A stretch of 64,000 nucleotides of DNA from a virus. The stretch covers positions 14,428 through 78,427 of IMG/VR virus record IMGVR_UViG_3300013006_000027, one strand, 5' to 3'. Both the position numbers and the translations under genes were made by a program. The first letter of the stretch is position 1; the number at the start of each line of letters is the position of its first letter. The notes beneath the pieces were generated by a model that was not told the DNA's origin, made no database searches, and saw only the letters and a program-made list of their open reading frames with translations. This document shows, piece after piece, positions 18,801-28,253 of this stretch.

Positions 18801-18854
18801 TTGACAATAAATGGGCAAGGATGTATAATGAAATTATACGCTAAGAAAACGGAG
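18801..18854 (+). promoter_or_regulatory. Early promoter-RBS cassette 1
   Basis: TTGACAATAAAT..TATAAT (17-nt spacer)..GAAAACGGAG. Confidence 0.9.
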
Positions 18855-18860
18855 AAGCAA

Positions 18861-19070
18861 ATGGAATTTGAAGCTACAGTCATTAATACTATTAAACCAA
18901 TACTAGGCTCAAAAGAATTGGTAGATTTTAGCTATGGCACATTGTTCGTAACCTGTGCCGAAGAGAAAGCCCGTTGTATTTTTCACACACTTTGTGACAA
19001 TTTTGGCGGAGTCAACAAAGTCCGCATCAGCAAATGTGGTGAGGAATTTGCCTACGATTTTGTCGCTTGA
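18861..19070 (+). CDS. Small early hypothetical protein
   Basis: Follows CGGAG RBS; stop TGA lies inside the next TTGACA. Confidence 0.7.
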   Translation: MEFEATVINTIKPILGSKELVDFSYGTLFVTCAEEKARCIFHTLCDNFGGVNKVRISKCGEEFAYDFVA

Positions 19071-19095
19071 CAATAAATGGATTTGGATCTATAAT
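19067..19095 (+). promoter_or_regulatory. Early promoter cassette 2
   Basis: TTGACAATAAAT..TATAAT, 17-nt spacer. Confidence 0.9.
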
Positions 19096-19125
19096 ACTTG
19101 TATTGAATCAACAAAAGGTCACAAA

Positions 19126-19326
19126 ATGACACAGTTTATTGCTAAAGGTTACATTGAAAACGGTGACTCAGCCATTCTTTGGAGAATGGCCGACTACCAC
19201 TATCAACTGGAAGTTGGGTTTGGAACACCTAGACAACGGTCCATTGATTTGACGGATACCGAGTACTACGATGCTTATTGTATGTTGCAGGCAATTTGTA
19301 TGGATAAAGTGGAAGTTGTTGCGTAA
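19126..19326 (+). CDS. Small early hypothetical protein
   Basis: AAAGG RBS, downstream of promoter. Confidence 0.65.
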   Translation: MTQFIAKGYIENGDSAILWRMADYHYQLEVGFGTPRQRSIDLTDTEYYDAYCMLQAICMDKVEVVA

Positions 19327-19344
19327 AAACAACATTACCAAAGG

Positions 19345-19400
19345 TTGACAATAAATCAGGTTCCCTGTATAATAGAATCTTAGACAGTTAAACAACGGAG
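19345..19400 (+). promoter_or_regulatory. Early promoter-RBS cassette 3
   Basis: TTGACAATAAAT..TATAAT..AACGGAG. Confidence 0.9.
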
Positions 19401-19406
19401 TTCAAA

Positions 19407-19664
19407 ATGCGTACACCAACTATCATCAACGGTCTGAAAAACTCTCAAAAATTCCGTGTGATTTTCAAGGGCGATGGCTCTGAAAATGACATTGGTATGT
19501 ACATGACGGTCAAGCAAATGTCCGAAATGTTTGCTACGACCAATGCCCGATCATTGTGTTATGAAGCCCTTGAGATGTTGGCTTCTGAGCGCCAATCTAC
19601 AAAAGCCATTGTAGGGCTTGGTACTACAATCCGTGGTAAGCAAATTCAAATTGATTTGATTTAA
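19407..19664 (+). CDS. Small early hypothetical protein
   Basis: ORF after cassette RBS. Confidence 0.75.
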   Translation: MRTPTIINGLKNSQKFRVIFKGDGSENDIGMYMTVKQMSEMFATTNARSLCYEALEMLASERQSTKAIVGLGTTIRGKQIQIDLI

Positions 19665-19675
19665 AAGGAAATATA

Positions 19676-19948
19676 ATGAGTAGATTAGCGTTTATTGGCC
19701 GACCGTGGGTAGCGTTTGACGCAACAGATTTGCAACACCGAGCTTGGTTCGCAGAGTTTCGAAAATTAGGCACTTGGGGAAAGTGTCCTGTGCGATTCAT
19801 CATTCCAGATGAACACGGTGATCTTATCACTATGATCCAACGACGCTTGATTGATTATTATGTGGGTAAAGAATTTGAACCAATTAATGTAACTTCAGCT
19901 CCGTTGACCTATAGTCCATTTGATACACCTAAGGCCGTAAATAATTAG
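19676..19948 (+). CDS. Hypothetical protein (WGKCPVRF)
   Basis: AAGGA RBS, ORF. Confidence 0.7.
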   Translation: MSRLAFIGRPWVAFDATDLQHRAWFAEFRKLGTWGKCPVRFIIPDEHGDLITMIQRRLIDYYVGKEFEPINVTSAPLTYSPFDTPKAVNN

Positions 19949-19956
19949 GCTTATTA

Positions 19957-20598
19957 ATGAAGCCTAGAATAGCATTATTCCTTAATGATCCAGAATGTTC
20001 GGTCATCTGTTGCGCTGGTATATATGAGGCACTATCTGAACAGTATGACATTCGTATCTTTACCAAACACGACCTTACTACAAAAATTTTAAAAAAAGCT
20101 GATATTATTGCCTTTCCAGGTGGAATTGGTAATAGTGGTTCTTTTGAAGAATTACTTGAAGATAAAGTAGATATAGTAAAAGAATACCTAGCCAAAGGTG
20201 GCAGATATCTTGGTATTTGCATGGGAGCTTATTGGGCAGGGCATTATTACTTTGATATATTGGATGGAATCAAGGTTGTACAATATATCAAACGCCGCGA
20301 TACCGAAATCAAACGTAGTTATGCTACCGTAGCCGAAGTGAATTGGAATGATCATAAAGAAAATATGTATTTCTACGATGGGTGTGCCTTTATATGTAAA
20401 CCACATAAACAGAAAACTATTGCTACTTACGCCAACGGTGATCCAATGGCTATTATGCAAAATAGAATTGGCTTGATTGGTTGTCATCCTGAATCATCAT
20501 TATCATGGTATCGCCAACCCTATTTAAAACAATATTGGCACGAATTTCGGCACCATGAATTATTATTAAATTTTGTTAATGACTTAATGGAAAGGTAA
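19957..20598 (+). CDS. Class I glutamine amidotransferase-like protein (BPL_N type)
   Basis: FPGG, YLGICMGAY nucleophile elbow, HPE. Confidence 0.8.
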   Translation: MKPRIALFLNDPECSVICCAGIYEALSEQYDIRIFTKHDLTTKILKKADIIAFPGGIGNSGSFEELLEDKVDIVKEYLAKGGRYLGICMGAYWAGHYYFDILDGIKVVQYIKRRDTEIKRSYATVAEVNWNDHKENMYFYDGCAFICKPHKQKTIATYANGDPMAIMQNRIGLIGCHPESSLSWYRQPYLKQYWHEFRHHELLLNFVNDLMER

Positions 20599-20684
20599 TG
20601 AATAGTAATCAATTTGATCGTATAATTGCTATTTGGGGTTGGATTATTATAATCATTGTGCTACATTATGAATATGGTAGGTAA
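20598..20684 (+). CDS. 28-aa hydrophobic membrane peptide
   Basis: TAATG-coupled; MNSNQFDRIIAIWGWIIIIIVLHYEYGR (below the ORF-track cut-off). Confidence 0.45.
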   Translation: MNSNQFDRIIAIWGWIIIIIVLHYEYGR

Positions 20685-20756
20685 ATTATGATCAGGGTCT
20701 ATATAAAATGATTTGGAGTGCCATACTGGACAACAAAAAGATACCAAGGAAAAACA

Positions 20757-20969
20757 ATGAGTAAAATTGTACTAAGTTGTGGGCACGAGGTAAACGACTT
20801 TGATCACGCTTATCATATTATGACCAAAGGTACAGATCGTTATGGTGAACGGGCTATTGTATATCAAACTGTCTGCGGACCTTGTGAAGATCGTTATAGA
20901 CAACAGGGACAGATTTTTGACTTTGAAGAAGTAGCACATCAGTGGGTTGGTAAGGATAATACCGTATAA
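20757..20969 (+). CDS. Small Cys/His protein (CGH...CGPC)
   Basis: AAGGA RBS; possible Zn site. Confidence 0.65.
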   Translation: MSKIVLSCGHEVNDFDHAYHIMTKGTDRYGERAIVYQTVCGPCEDRYRQQGQIFDFEEVAHQWVGKDNTV

Positions 20970-20998
20970 AAACAATATTAAACCTTTAAGGAATAATT

Positions 20999-21160
20999 AT
21001 GAATATTGAATTGGATCGTGAAACAATTAGTGATGAATTATATAACAAACTTCTACAGCATTTTGTGAACAAGGCAGTGGCACAAGGTGTGTTTGTGACT
21101 AAACACACTAAATTCGAAGACTGGGTACTAACCTGTCGTGTAGAAAACACAGTGCATTGA
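20999..21160 (+). CDS. 53-aa hypothetical protein
   Basis: TAAGGA RBS; TGA stop inside the next TTGACA. Confidence 0.6.
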   Translation: MNIELDRETISDELYNKLLQHFVNKAVAQGVFVTKHTKFEDWVLTCRVENTVH

Positions 21161-21185
21161 CAGGAATTCTGAAGCCGTGTATACT
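21157..21185 (+). promoter_or_regulatory. Early promoter 4
   Basis: TTGACA-17-TATACT. Confidence 0.8.
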
Positions 21186-21214
21186 TACTAACTTAACTGA
21201 AAAAAGGACCTAAC

Positions 21215-21454
21215 ATGTACGACGATAACCTTTCCGAAGATGATTTTGCTAACCTAGATTTTTTGATTGAACTAGATCCTCAAGGACTACAGGCATGGTT
21301 AGACGCCGCAGATAATGATGATTTGGTTTATGCCTTAGAAATTCTTAGGCCACTGATTACCAATTTGACTCTCAAGGAATTGGCAATCATGGATTTGGTC
21401 ACTAACACCGATTTGGCAGATGAGGTGGTGGATCGTATCCGTAAGCTTAAGTAA
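21215..21454 (+). CDS. Acidic small hypothetical protein
   Basis: AAGGA RBS, ORF. Confidence 0.7.
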   Translation: MYDDNLSEDDFANLDFLIELDPQGLQAWLDAADNDDLVYALEILRPLITNLTLKELAIMDLVTNTDLADEVVDRIRKLK

Positions 21455-21464
21455 ATTTCTGCAT

Positions 21465-21518
21465 TTGACAATAAATAGACACGGGCGTATAATAGACTTA
21501 TACGCTGAGAAAACGGAG
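21465..21518 (+). promoter_or_regulatory. Early promoter-RBS cassette 5
   Basis: TTGACAATAAAT..TATAAT..GAGAAAACGGAG. Confidence 0.9.
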
Positions 21519-21524
21519 TTACAA

Positions 21525-21719
21525 ATGAGCGCAATGAGCAATCTTTATACAGAAATCCAAGAACTCCTTGAAGAAGGATTGTTCCCAACGGTGATCGCAA
21601 GTCGGCTTGGTGTTCCTCTGAATTGGGTAGATCAGGTCCGTATGGATTTGGATCCCCCTGATCTGTCACCTGACAGTGAGGAGCAGTTCCAAGACTACGA
21701 TTCAGCTATCGCAGGTTGA
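21525..21719 (+). CDS. Small HTH-like protein (PTVIASRLGVPLNWV)
   Basis: ORF after cassette; HTH-like pattern. Confidence 0.65.
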   Translation: MSAMSNLYTEIQELLEEGLFPTVIASRLGVPLNWVDQVRMDLDPPDLSPDSEEQFQDYDSAIAG

Positions 21720-21772
21720 CAATAAATGGGTTTGGGTGTATAATATATACATACACTGAGAAAACGGAGTAA
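21716..21772 (+). promoter_or_regulatory. Early promoter-RBS cassette 6
   Basis: 54/57 identical to cassette 7. Confidence 0.9.
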
Positions 21773-21775
21773 GTA

Positions 21776-21970
21776 ATGGTAACACAAACACTGTATAGCA
21801 ACTCGGTAGATTTTTTTAGCCGATTTGAAGCCGACACTTTTTCTATGGAAATCTTGGATGACACTACTGGTAACTGGGAAGGTTACATTGGCGTCGGTGG
21901 CGAACTGGTTCAGGCTGCAGGCTTCGATGCTAGCACCGGTAACGGCTGGTACGACGATACCCTGATTTGA
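21776..21970 (+). CDS. Acidic small hypothetical protein
   Basis: Exactly fills the space between cassettes 6 and 7. Confidence 0.7.
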   Translation: MVTQTLYSNSVDFFSRFEADTFSMEILDDTTGNWEGYIGVGGELVQAAGFDASTGNGWYDDTLI

Positions 21971-22023
21971 CAATAAATGGTTTTGGCTGTATAATATACA
22001 CATACACTGAGAAAACGGAGTAA
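21967..22023 (+). promoter_or_regulatory. Early promoter-RBS cassette 7
   Basis: TTGACAATAAAT..TATAAT..CATACACTGAGAAAACGGAGTAA. Confidence 0.9.
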
Positions 22024-22026
22024 CAA

Positions 22027-23061
22027 GTGGCACAAGTTCTAGTCAAATACGGCGAGTACCGTAATCTTCCCGTGATCAATACTAAATTCACCCTTGTCAA
22101 GGATTTTCATCAGGGCAAGAAAGGTGCTTACATCACTGTTAAGAACGATGGGCAATTTCCAATCGCTATTAGCGTGGTTAAGGTTAAAGTAAATAATGTT
22201 ATGAATGTAGAATATCTTGATGGAGAACCTGTAATGGCGCAAGCTGTGGAATTTAAAGCACTGAAAACCCCCGCGGTCGAGACCGAGCAAGAAGCAATGG
22301 ATCGGATCGCTACCCGTTTTCAAATTCTTGATGACATGTCCAAGGCATGTATCAACGGCGATATCCGTGCAATGATTGTGTCAGGTCCTCCAGGAGTTGG
22401 TAAGTCATTTGGTGTTGAGACCCAGTTGGAAAAGGCTGCAATGTTTGACAAAATTGCAGGCAAACGTGTACGCTTTGAAATTGTCAAAGGTGCAATGACT
22501 CCAATTGGACTGTACTGCACACTGTACAAGTACTCTGATCCAAAGAACGTCCTAGTATTTGACGATTGCGATTCGGTCTTCCAAGATGATTTGGCTCTGA
22601 ACATTCTCAAGGCTGCTCTTGACAGTGGTAAACGTCGGCGCATTTGCTGGAACTCGGATAACTCTATGCTTCGCCGTGAGGGTATCCCCGAGTCATTTGA
22701 ATTCAAAGGTTCGGCAATTTTTATCACTAACTTGAAATTTGAGAACCTCAAATCCAAGAAATTGCAAGATCACCTCGAGGCTCTGCAAAGTCGTTGTCAC
22801 TTTCTTGACCTAACGATTGATACGGAGCGTGATAAGATTCTTCGGATCAAACAGGTTCATCGTGATTGTGACGGTGGATTGTTTAAAGACTATGATTTTG
22901 AAGGTGACGAGGGCGATCAAATCCTAAACTTCATGGAATCAAATAAGTCTAAACTCCGTGAATTGTCGCTACGCATGGCACTAAAGATTGCGGATCTGAC
23001 TAAAGTGTCATCTTCAAACTGGCGTGTACTTGCGGAAAGCACTGTGATGAAACGCGGTTGA
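22027..23061 (+). CDS. AAA+/P-loop ATPase
   Basis: GPPGVGKS Walker A, LVFDDCD Walker B, FITN sensor I, ALQSR arginine finger. Confidence 0.85.
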   Translation: MAQVLVKYGEYRNLPVINTKFTLVKDFHQGKKGAYITVKNDGQFPIAISVVKVKVNNVMNVEYLDGEPVMAQAVEFKALKTPAVETEQEAMDRIATRFQILDDMSKACINGDIRAMIVSGPPGVGKSFGVETQLEKAAMFDKIAGKRVRFEIVKGAMTPIGLYCTLYKYSDPKNVLVFDDCDSVFQDDLALNILKAALDSGKRRRICWNSDNSMLRREGIPESFEFKGSAIFITNLKFENLKSKKLQDHLEALQSRCHFLDLTIDTERDKILRIKQVHRDCDGGLFKDYDFEGDEGDQILNFMESNKSKLRELSLRMALKIADLTKVSSSNWRVLAESTVMKRG

Positions 23062-23088
23062 TAATTTTCTCTCTCTGAAGTGGTTTTT

Positions 23089-23114
23089 AGGGGGATTTAA
23101 ATCCCCCTTTTTTT
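23089..23114 (+). terminator. Intrinsic terminator
   Basis: AGGGGGATTTAAATCCCCCT followed by a T run. Confidence 0.85.
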
Positions 23115-23159
23115 GCCTTTTAACTTGAATAATTTTTTGGATGAGTGTATAATCTATCG

Positions 23160-23927
23160 ATGATAACAGGCACCGTTAAGATAATAATTGACAATGATAA
23201 GATTTTAATGAGCTTACCATTTTCAAAAACATTTATTAAGGACTTGCGAAGTCAGGAAATCTTTGGTTTATATTGGAATTCTGATGCTGTTAGATATGAA
23301 ACAATATTTTCAACCGATACGTTAAAAAAACTAATCAATACCGTATCTAATCATTTTTCTACTATAGAATATTGTTCAAATGCAACCAGTGTTATTGATT
23401 GTATTAATGAATACACCTCGATTAAATATTGGCAACCTACATTAGTTTGTAGGAATGGTTTTCACTATATTGCGGCTAGTAATCAACATTTAGATGATGC
23501 AATAAAAGATATTCCGTTAAATAGTAATATAAAAACACTTTCGCTACTGGCAGAATACGGAATTGCAATTGATCAACAATTAATTGGGTCCGATAATAAA
23601 TTAATCTTTGCATCTAATTATTATGCTCAATTTGATTATAATAATACAGAGTGTATAACGTATTGGTTAAAGGAAATCGAGTGCGATTGTGTTATATTTG
23701 CAAGCAGACCTTATACTACCGTTGGTACATTTTTATACAATGAGTGTATAAAACAAGGATTACATGTTACTATAATGCATGATGAATTGAATTTAGATTT
23801 GGAATACAAACAAGTTAAACGGCCGGTTATGATTAGATTTTTGTCTAACCAATATCCGTTCCCCCATAGTTTAAATATTAAAAAGGTAATTAAAATTACC
23901 AATTCTTTACCGGTTGATGTTAAATGA
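23160..23927 (+). CDS. Hypothetical protein upstream of uvsW
   Basis: TTGAAT-17-TATAAT ends 6 nt before the ATG. Confidence 0.7.
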   Translation: MITGTVKIIIDNDKILMSLPFSKTFIKDLRSQEIFGLYWNSDAVRYETIFSTDTLKKLINTVSNHFSTIEYCSNATSVIDCINEYTSIKYWQPTLVCRNGFHYIAASNQHLDDAIKDIPLNSNIKTLSLLAEYGIAIDQQLIGSDNKLIFASNYYAQFDYNNTECITYWLKEIECDCVIFASRPYTTVGTFLYNECIKQGLHVTIMHDELNLDLEYKQVKRPVMIRFLSNQYPFPHSLNIKKVIKITNSLPVDVK

Positions 23928-25381
23928 AGCAAGTTAAACTAGAAATAAAAGACGAAGTTAATTGTAAATTTGTCGGTCTAGAACTTAGTGAACGTAAAGC
24001 CCTTGTAAAAATGTTTGAATACGAGATACCTGGTGCAAGATATTTACCAAGTGTCCGTTTAGGTAGATGGAATGGAAAAGTCAGCTATTTTAGTTTAGGT
24101 GGTAGTACATTCATCAATCTATTGCCTGAAATTATTCCTATATTGGATCGTGCTGGATACGACATTGAGTTGGAAGATATTAGAGAATATCGTACAAACT
24201 TTGAATTCAACCAAGTGTCTGAATCTACCTTTTCTCATAAAGTTTGGCCCAAAGGTCATCCTAAAGTAGGTGAGCCAATTGTACTTAGAGATTATCAGAT
24301 ACAAATTATTAATGACTTTTTAACTAATCCGCAAAGTCTACAAGAAATTGCAACTGGTGCAGGTAAGACTATCATGACTGCCGCACTAAGTTACAGTATT
24401 GAAAAATACGGTCGTAGTATTGTAATCGTTCCAAATAAAAGTCTAGTTACACAAACTGAAGCAGATTATAAAAACCTTGAACTAGATGTTGGTGTTTATT
24501 TTGGAGATAGAAAAGAAATAGGAAGAACTCATACTATATGTACTTGGCAAAGCCTTAACAATATGCTTAAAAAAACAAAAGCAGACGAGGCTGAAGTTCC
24601 AATTGGTGAATTTTTAGATGGTGTGGTATGTGTAATGGTTGATGAAGTACATCAAGCAAAAGCCGATGCTCTTAAAACATTATTAACTGGAGTAATGTCA
24701 CATATCCCAATTCGTTGGGGATTGACTGGAACTATACCTAAAGCTAAATTTGAAGCACAGGCTTTGTTTGTTAGTTTAGGTCCCGTAATAAATAAACTCT
24801 CAGCTAGCGAATTACAAGATCAGGGAGTTCTTGCTAGGTGTCATGTTAACATTGTTCAATTGCAAGATAAGGTTGAATTTTCAAATTATCAAAGTGAATT
24901 AAAACATCTACTTGAAGACAAAAATAGATTAGATAAAATTGCAGACTTGATAGATAAGATTAAAGATTCAGGTAATACATTAATTTTAGTAGATAGGGTT
25001 AACGCAGGAAATGAAATCGTAAGTAGAATCCCCGACAGTGTTTTTATAAGTGGCGAAACAAAACTTACAGAGAGAAAGGATGAGTATGATAGTGTGGCGA
25101 CTAGCAATGGAAAGGTTATTGTGGCGACTTACGGTGTGGCCGCTGTGGGTATTAATATCCCCCGCATTTTTAATTTGGTTCTTATTGAGCCCGGAAAAAG
25201 CTTTGTCCGTGTTATACAAAGTATCGGGCGAGGCATTAGAAAGGCAGAGGACAAGGATCACGTAATGATTTGGGATATTACCTCTTCATGTAAATTTGCC
25301 AAACGTCATTTGACCCAACGAAAAGCTTTTTATAACGAAGCAAACTATCCTTTTGATGTTGAAAAATTAAATTATAAATGA
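23924..25381 (+). CDS. uvsW: SF2 helicase UvsW
   Basis: LRDYQ, ATGAGKT, DEVH, GLTGT, QSIGRGIR. Confidence 0.92.
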   Translation: MKQVKLEIKDEVNCKFVGLELSERKALVKMFEYEIPGARYLPSVRLGRWNGKVSYFSLGGSTFINLLPEIIPILDRAGYDIELEDIREYRTNFEFNQVSESTFSHKVWPKGHPKVGEPIVLRDYQIQIINDFLTNPQSLQEIATGAGKTIMTAALSYSIEKYGRSIVIVPNKSLVTQTEADYKNLELDVGVYFGDRKEIGRTHTICTWQSLNNMLKKTKADEAEVPIGEFLDGVVCVMVDEVHQAKADALKTLLTGVMSHIPIRWGLTGTIPKAKFEAQALFVSLGPVINKLSASELQDQGVLARCHVNIVQLQDKVEFSNYQSELKHLLEDKNRLDKIADLIDKIKDSGNTLILVDRVNAGNEIVSRIPDSVFISGETKLTERKDEYDSVATSNGKVIVATYGVAAVGINIPRIFNLVLIEPGKSFVRVIQSIGRGIRKAEDKDHVMIWDITSSCKFAKRHLTQRKAFYNEANYPFDVEKLNYK

Positions 25382-25393
25382 TATACTATTAAA

Positions 25394-25894
25394 ATGAACA
25401 TACTTCTCTTAGACAATACCAAATACAATCTAGAAAATCTTCCTGATGAAATTGACGATCTTAGGTTTGCTATACTAGACAACAGTAATCCTAGCAACGT
25501 AGACTATCATTATATCCCACTAATCTTTTTAGAAAGCTTTAATAGTCCTGCGCTTGTACTACAAGTTGGCGAACATAAAATTAAAATGCCAGTAGATTGG
25601 CAAATATTGATCGGTGAAAAAGAACATGGTGATTTAGAAACACTACCACTGACTAGTATTAACGATAGAGGTTTTAGTGCATTTGAGTTTAATCCACTTT
25701 CATCATTTAGTCCTAGCTTTTTACCAATCGAGATAGTGGATATCTACCATGATGTAACTTGGTATGCACCTAGATTAAAGAATGGTCAATTTTTGTGTGT
25801 TCCATTAGAGCCCGGCCCTAAACCCCAGTGTGCTTATTTTGTAAAAGAAGTAAGTCGTAATTGTGAATTGGTTGATTACAATCAGGCGTTTTAA
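25394..25894 (+). CDS. Hypothetical protein
   Basis: TTGAAA-17-TATACT ends 6 nt before the ATG. Confidence 0.75.
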   Translation: MNILLLDNTKYNLENLPDEIDDLRFAILDNSNPSNVDYHYIPLIFLESFNSPALVLQVGEHKIKMPVDWQILIGEKEHGDLETLPLTSINDRGFSAFEFNPLSSFSPSFLPIEIVDIYHDVTWYAPRLKNGQFLCVPLEPGPKPQCAYFVKEVSRNCELVDYNQAF

Positions 25895-26481
25895 TGGCAA
25901 AAGAAAAAGTAGCTAGTGACGAAAAATTTGACAAACAAGATTTTGACTTGTTTGAAGCCCTTACTGCTTTGGATAAAAAAGACTATGGGTATTATGATAG
26001 GTTAACTACAGAACAGCAAAAGAAGTTTGTACCTTTTATGATGCTACACTGGATGAGTGCTATCAAAGGTTCAAGTGATTTGCAAAGGTATTACTTACAA
26101 AGTATAGACTATCATGCTAATAAATATTTCCTTAATGAATCTATTTCTAAACATCCTAAATTACAATGGCTAATGTTGTGTGCTAGTAGTCCAGGACTAG
26201 GAAAACAGTTTCATCAATGGATTCCTCATATTAAAGATAGAGTAAGTAAACTAAAAGAACCTGCTAAAGCAAAAGATACTAAAGAATATTTTACTAAAAT
26301 TTATCCTAAAGCTAACAAGGATGAATTACAAGAAATCACTAGTGCATTTGTTGAATCACAAAATCGTAAGATGCATTTAGCTAAATTATTCCCTAATCTA
26401 AAGCTACAAGATATTGAAGTTTTAAATACATTGATTACCGATGATGATATTAACAACTATGAAAGAGACTCAGGAAACTAA
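25894..26481 (+). CDS. Possible clamp-loader small subunit (gp62-like)
   Basis: FVPFMMLHWMS...N...HP.LQW pattern resembles gp62; replication context. Confidence 0.45.
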   Translation: MAKEKVASDEKFDKQDFDLFEALTALDKKDYGYYDRLTTEQQKKFVPFMMLHWMSAIKGSSDLQRYYLQSIDYHANKYFLNESISKHPKLQWLMLCASSPGLGKQFHQWIPHIKDRVSKLKEPAKAKDTKEYFTKIYPKANKDELQEITSAFVESQNRKMHLAKLFPNLKLQDIEVLNTLITDDDINNYERDSGN

Positions 26482-27157
26482 ATCTCCTTATTCATGTGAG
26501 TTTTGTAAGAGATCGTTTATTAGAGAATCCACGGTGCTCAAACATATATGTGAGTATAAACATCGTTGGATGGATAAAGATAAGCAAGGCAATAGATTAG
26601 GTTTTCAGTCTTGGGTAGAATTTTATAAGAAGAATTCTACCAGTAAAAAACAAAAAACATATGAAGAATTTATTCGTAGTGCATATTATATTGCGTTTGT
26701 AAAATTTGGATCATATTGTATAGATGTAAATGTATTAAATGTTAGTAGGTATATTGATTGGTTGTTGAAAAACCAAATTAAAATTGATTCATGGTGTCAA
26801 GATTCTAACTATACTAAATTTCTTATTGAGTATTTGCGTATAGAAGATCCTATGGATGCTATAGCCAGAAGTATTGAAACTACTATCAACCTGGCAGAAG
26901 TTGAAAGAATTCTTAGCAAAGATTATCTAAGATATGGTAATTCAAATAAAATTTGCTATGCAATTACTACAGGTAAATTGAGTCCTTGGATTCTTTATCA
27001 TAGTGCTAGTGGAAAAGAGTTCTTAGACAAACTAGATGAATCGCAAATTAAAATGATCATTGACTATTTGAATCCTGAACTATGGGCAATTAAATTTAAA
27101 CGAGAACCTGAAAAGGTTGATGAAGTTAAATCATTACTAACATTAGCAGGTTATTAA
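26441..27157 (+). CDS. Zn-finger-containing protein
   Basis: YSCEFCKRSF.RE....KHIC; true start probably at MKET. Confidence 0.65.
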   Translation: MMILTTMKETQETKSPYSCEFCKRSFIRESTVLKHICEYKHRWMDKDKQGNRLGFQSWVEFYKKNSTSKKQKTYEEFIRSAYYIAFVKFGSYCIDVNVLNVSRYIDWLLKNQIKIDSWCQDSNYTKFLIEYLRIEDPMDAIARSIETTINLAEVERILSKDYLRYGNSNKICYAITTGKLSPWILYHSASGKEFLDKLDESQIKMIIDYLNPELWAIKFKREPEKVDEVKSLLTLAGY

Positions 27158-27354
27158 TGTCAGATAAACATAAGGTAAGAATTCCGTGGCGTAAGGGTAT
27201 GACATTAACAGCTTGGGATGAGATTTGTATTTGGGCTCTTAAAAATTATGGTACACCGGGCTCTAAATATGTAACAACCCTGACCGAAGATTATATGGAT
27301 TTTTTATTTTCAGATGAAAAGGATGCCATACATTTCTCATTAAGATGGTTATGA
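27157..27354 (+). CDS. F-x-L-R-W family small protein 1
   Basis: Ends FSDEKDAIHFSLRWL. Confidence 0.7.
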   Translation: MSDKHKVRIPWRKGMTLTAWDEICIWALKNYGTPGSKYVTTLTEDYMDFLFSDEKDAIHFSLRWL

Positions 27355-27614
27355 CTACCATTAGACCTTTTCAAGATTATGATGATAATGATCCAAATAT
27401 TCAACAAAGGGCTAATCGTTGGAAGTATTGGGAAGCATTAAAAACCATACGTAAAGAATATATGGAATCAAAAAGTGGATTTGATGCATATGAGTTTGAA
27501 GATTACTTATTAAATAGGTATGGTATACGAATGAATTTAGTAAGTGGTAATATTACAGATGGATATGAAATAGTTGATGAAAAAAAATATCTGATATTTT
27601 TATTAAAATTTTAA
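27351..27614 (+). CDS. F-x-L-R-W family small protein 2
   Basis: Ends VDEKKYLIFLLKF; ATGA overlap. Confidence 0.7.
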   Translation: MTTIRPFQDYDDNDPNIQQRANRWKYWEALKTIRKEYMESKSGFDAYEFEDYLLNRYGIRMNLVSGNITDGYEIVDEKKYLIFLLKF

Positions 27615-27826
27615 TGACGGCTGTAATAATAGAAAATAAAAGTAGTAGTGAAATCAGTAGTATTATACATGAATTAAAAACACATGGGTTAATTGCTAAT
27701 GAACATTATGAATTTAGATACTTTCCCGGTACTTGGGATCCTATGCTGGGTGAAATCCCAAAAAAGTGTGAATTTAATTTCAAAGATGATAAACTAGCTA
27801 GTTGGTTCATGTTGATATGGGGATAG
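27614..27826 (+). CDS. F-x-L-R-W family small protein 3
   Basis: Ends FKDDKLASWFMLIWG. Confidence 0.7.
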   Translation: MTAVIIENKSSSEISSIIHELKTHGLIANEHYEFRYFPGTWDPMLGEIPKKCEFNFKDDKLASWFMLIWG

Positions 27827-28062
27827 CATACAATTATTATGAAGGGGTTACTTGGGAATTGACCAAAGTAGGATGGTACGAATGTTGCATCAATTCAGAA
27901 AGAGTAGATAGATTTGATCATTTTTCTAATATAATTGAATGGTTGCATGAAAAAATTGATAAGTGTGAACGTCATTCTAGATGGATATTGACTCATACAG
28001 ACATGTGTTTTAAATTTAGGTATGAACGTGATTATTTGCTTTTCATGTTAAGGTGGGGATGA
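27817..28062 (+). CDS. F-x-L-R-W family small protein 4
   Basis: Ends FRYERDYLLFMLRWG. Confidence 0.7.
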   Translation: MGIAYNYYEGVTWELTKVGWYECCINSERVDRFDHFSNIIEWLHEKIDKCERHSRWILTHTDMCFKFRYERDYLLFMLRWG

Positions 28063-28253
28063 AATTACTAAAGGCTAATCAAGCTGATAGTCTAGTAGTC
28101 ATCATAAGAGATTATGAATTTTTTGATGGAGACACTACTGAAGCTATGGATGAATGGTGTTGGCAAACATTTGGTTATCATCCTAGAGAAGGCATGGTAA
28201 TGACATTTCGTGAACCTAGCCATACCAATTGGTTTATGTTGAGATGGGGATAG
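28059..28253 (+). CDS. F-x-L-R-W family small protein 5
   Basis: Ends FREPSHTNWFMLRWG. Confidence 0.7.
   Translation: MKLLKANQADSLVVIIRDYEFFDGDTTEAMDEWCWQTFGYHPREGMVMTFREPSHTNWFMLRWG

Noticed and set aside
25394-25894. Stand-alone Hint/intein-like domain
   Set aside because: Only a vague beta-rich resemblance; no N-terminal Cys/Ser, TxxH or terminal HN; needs HHpred
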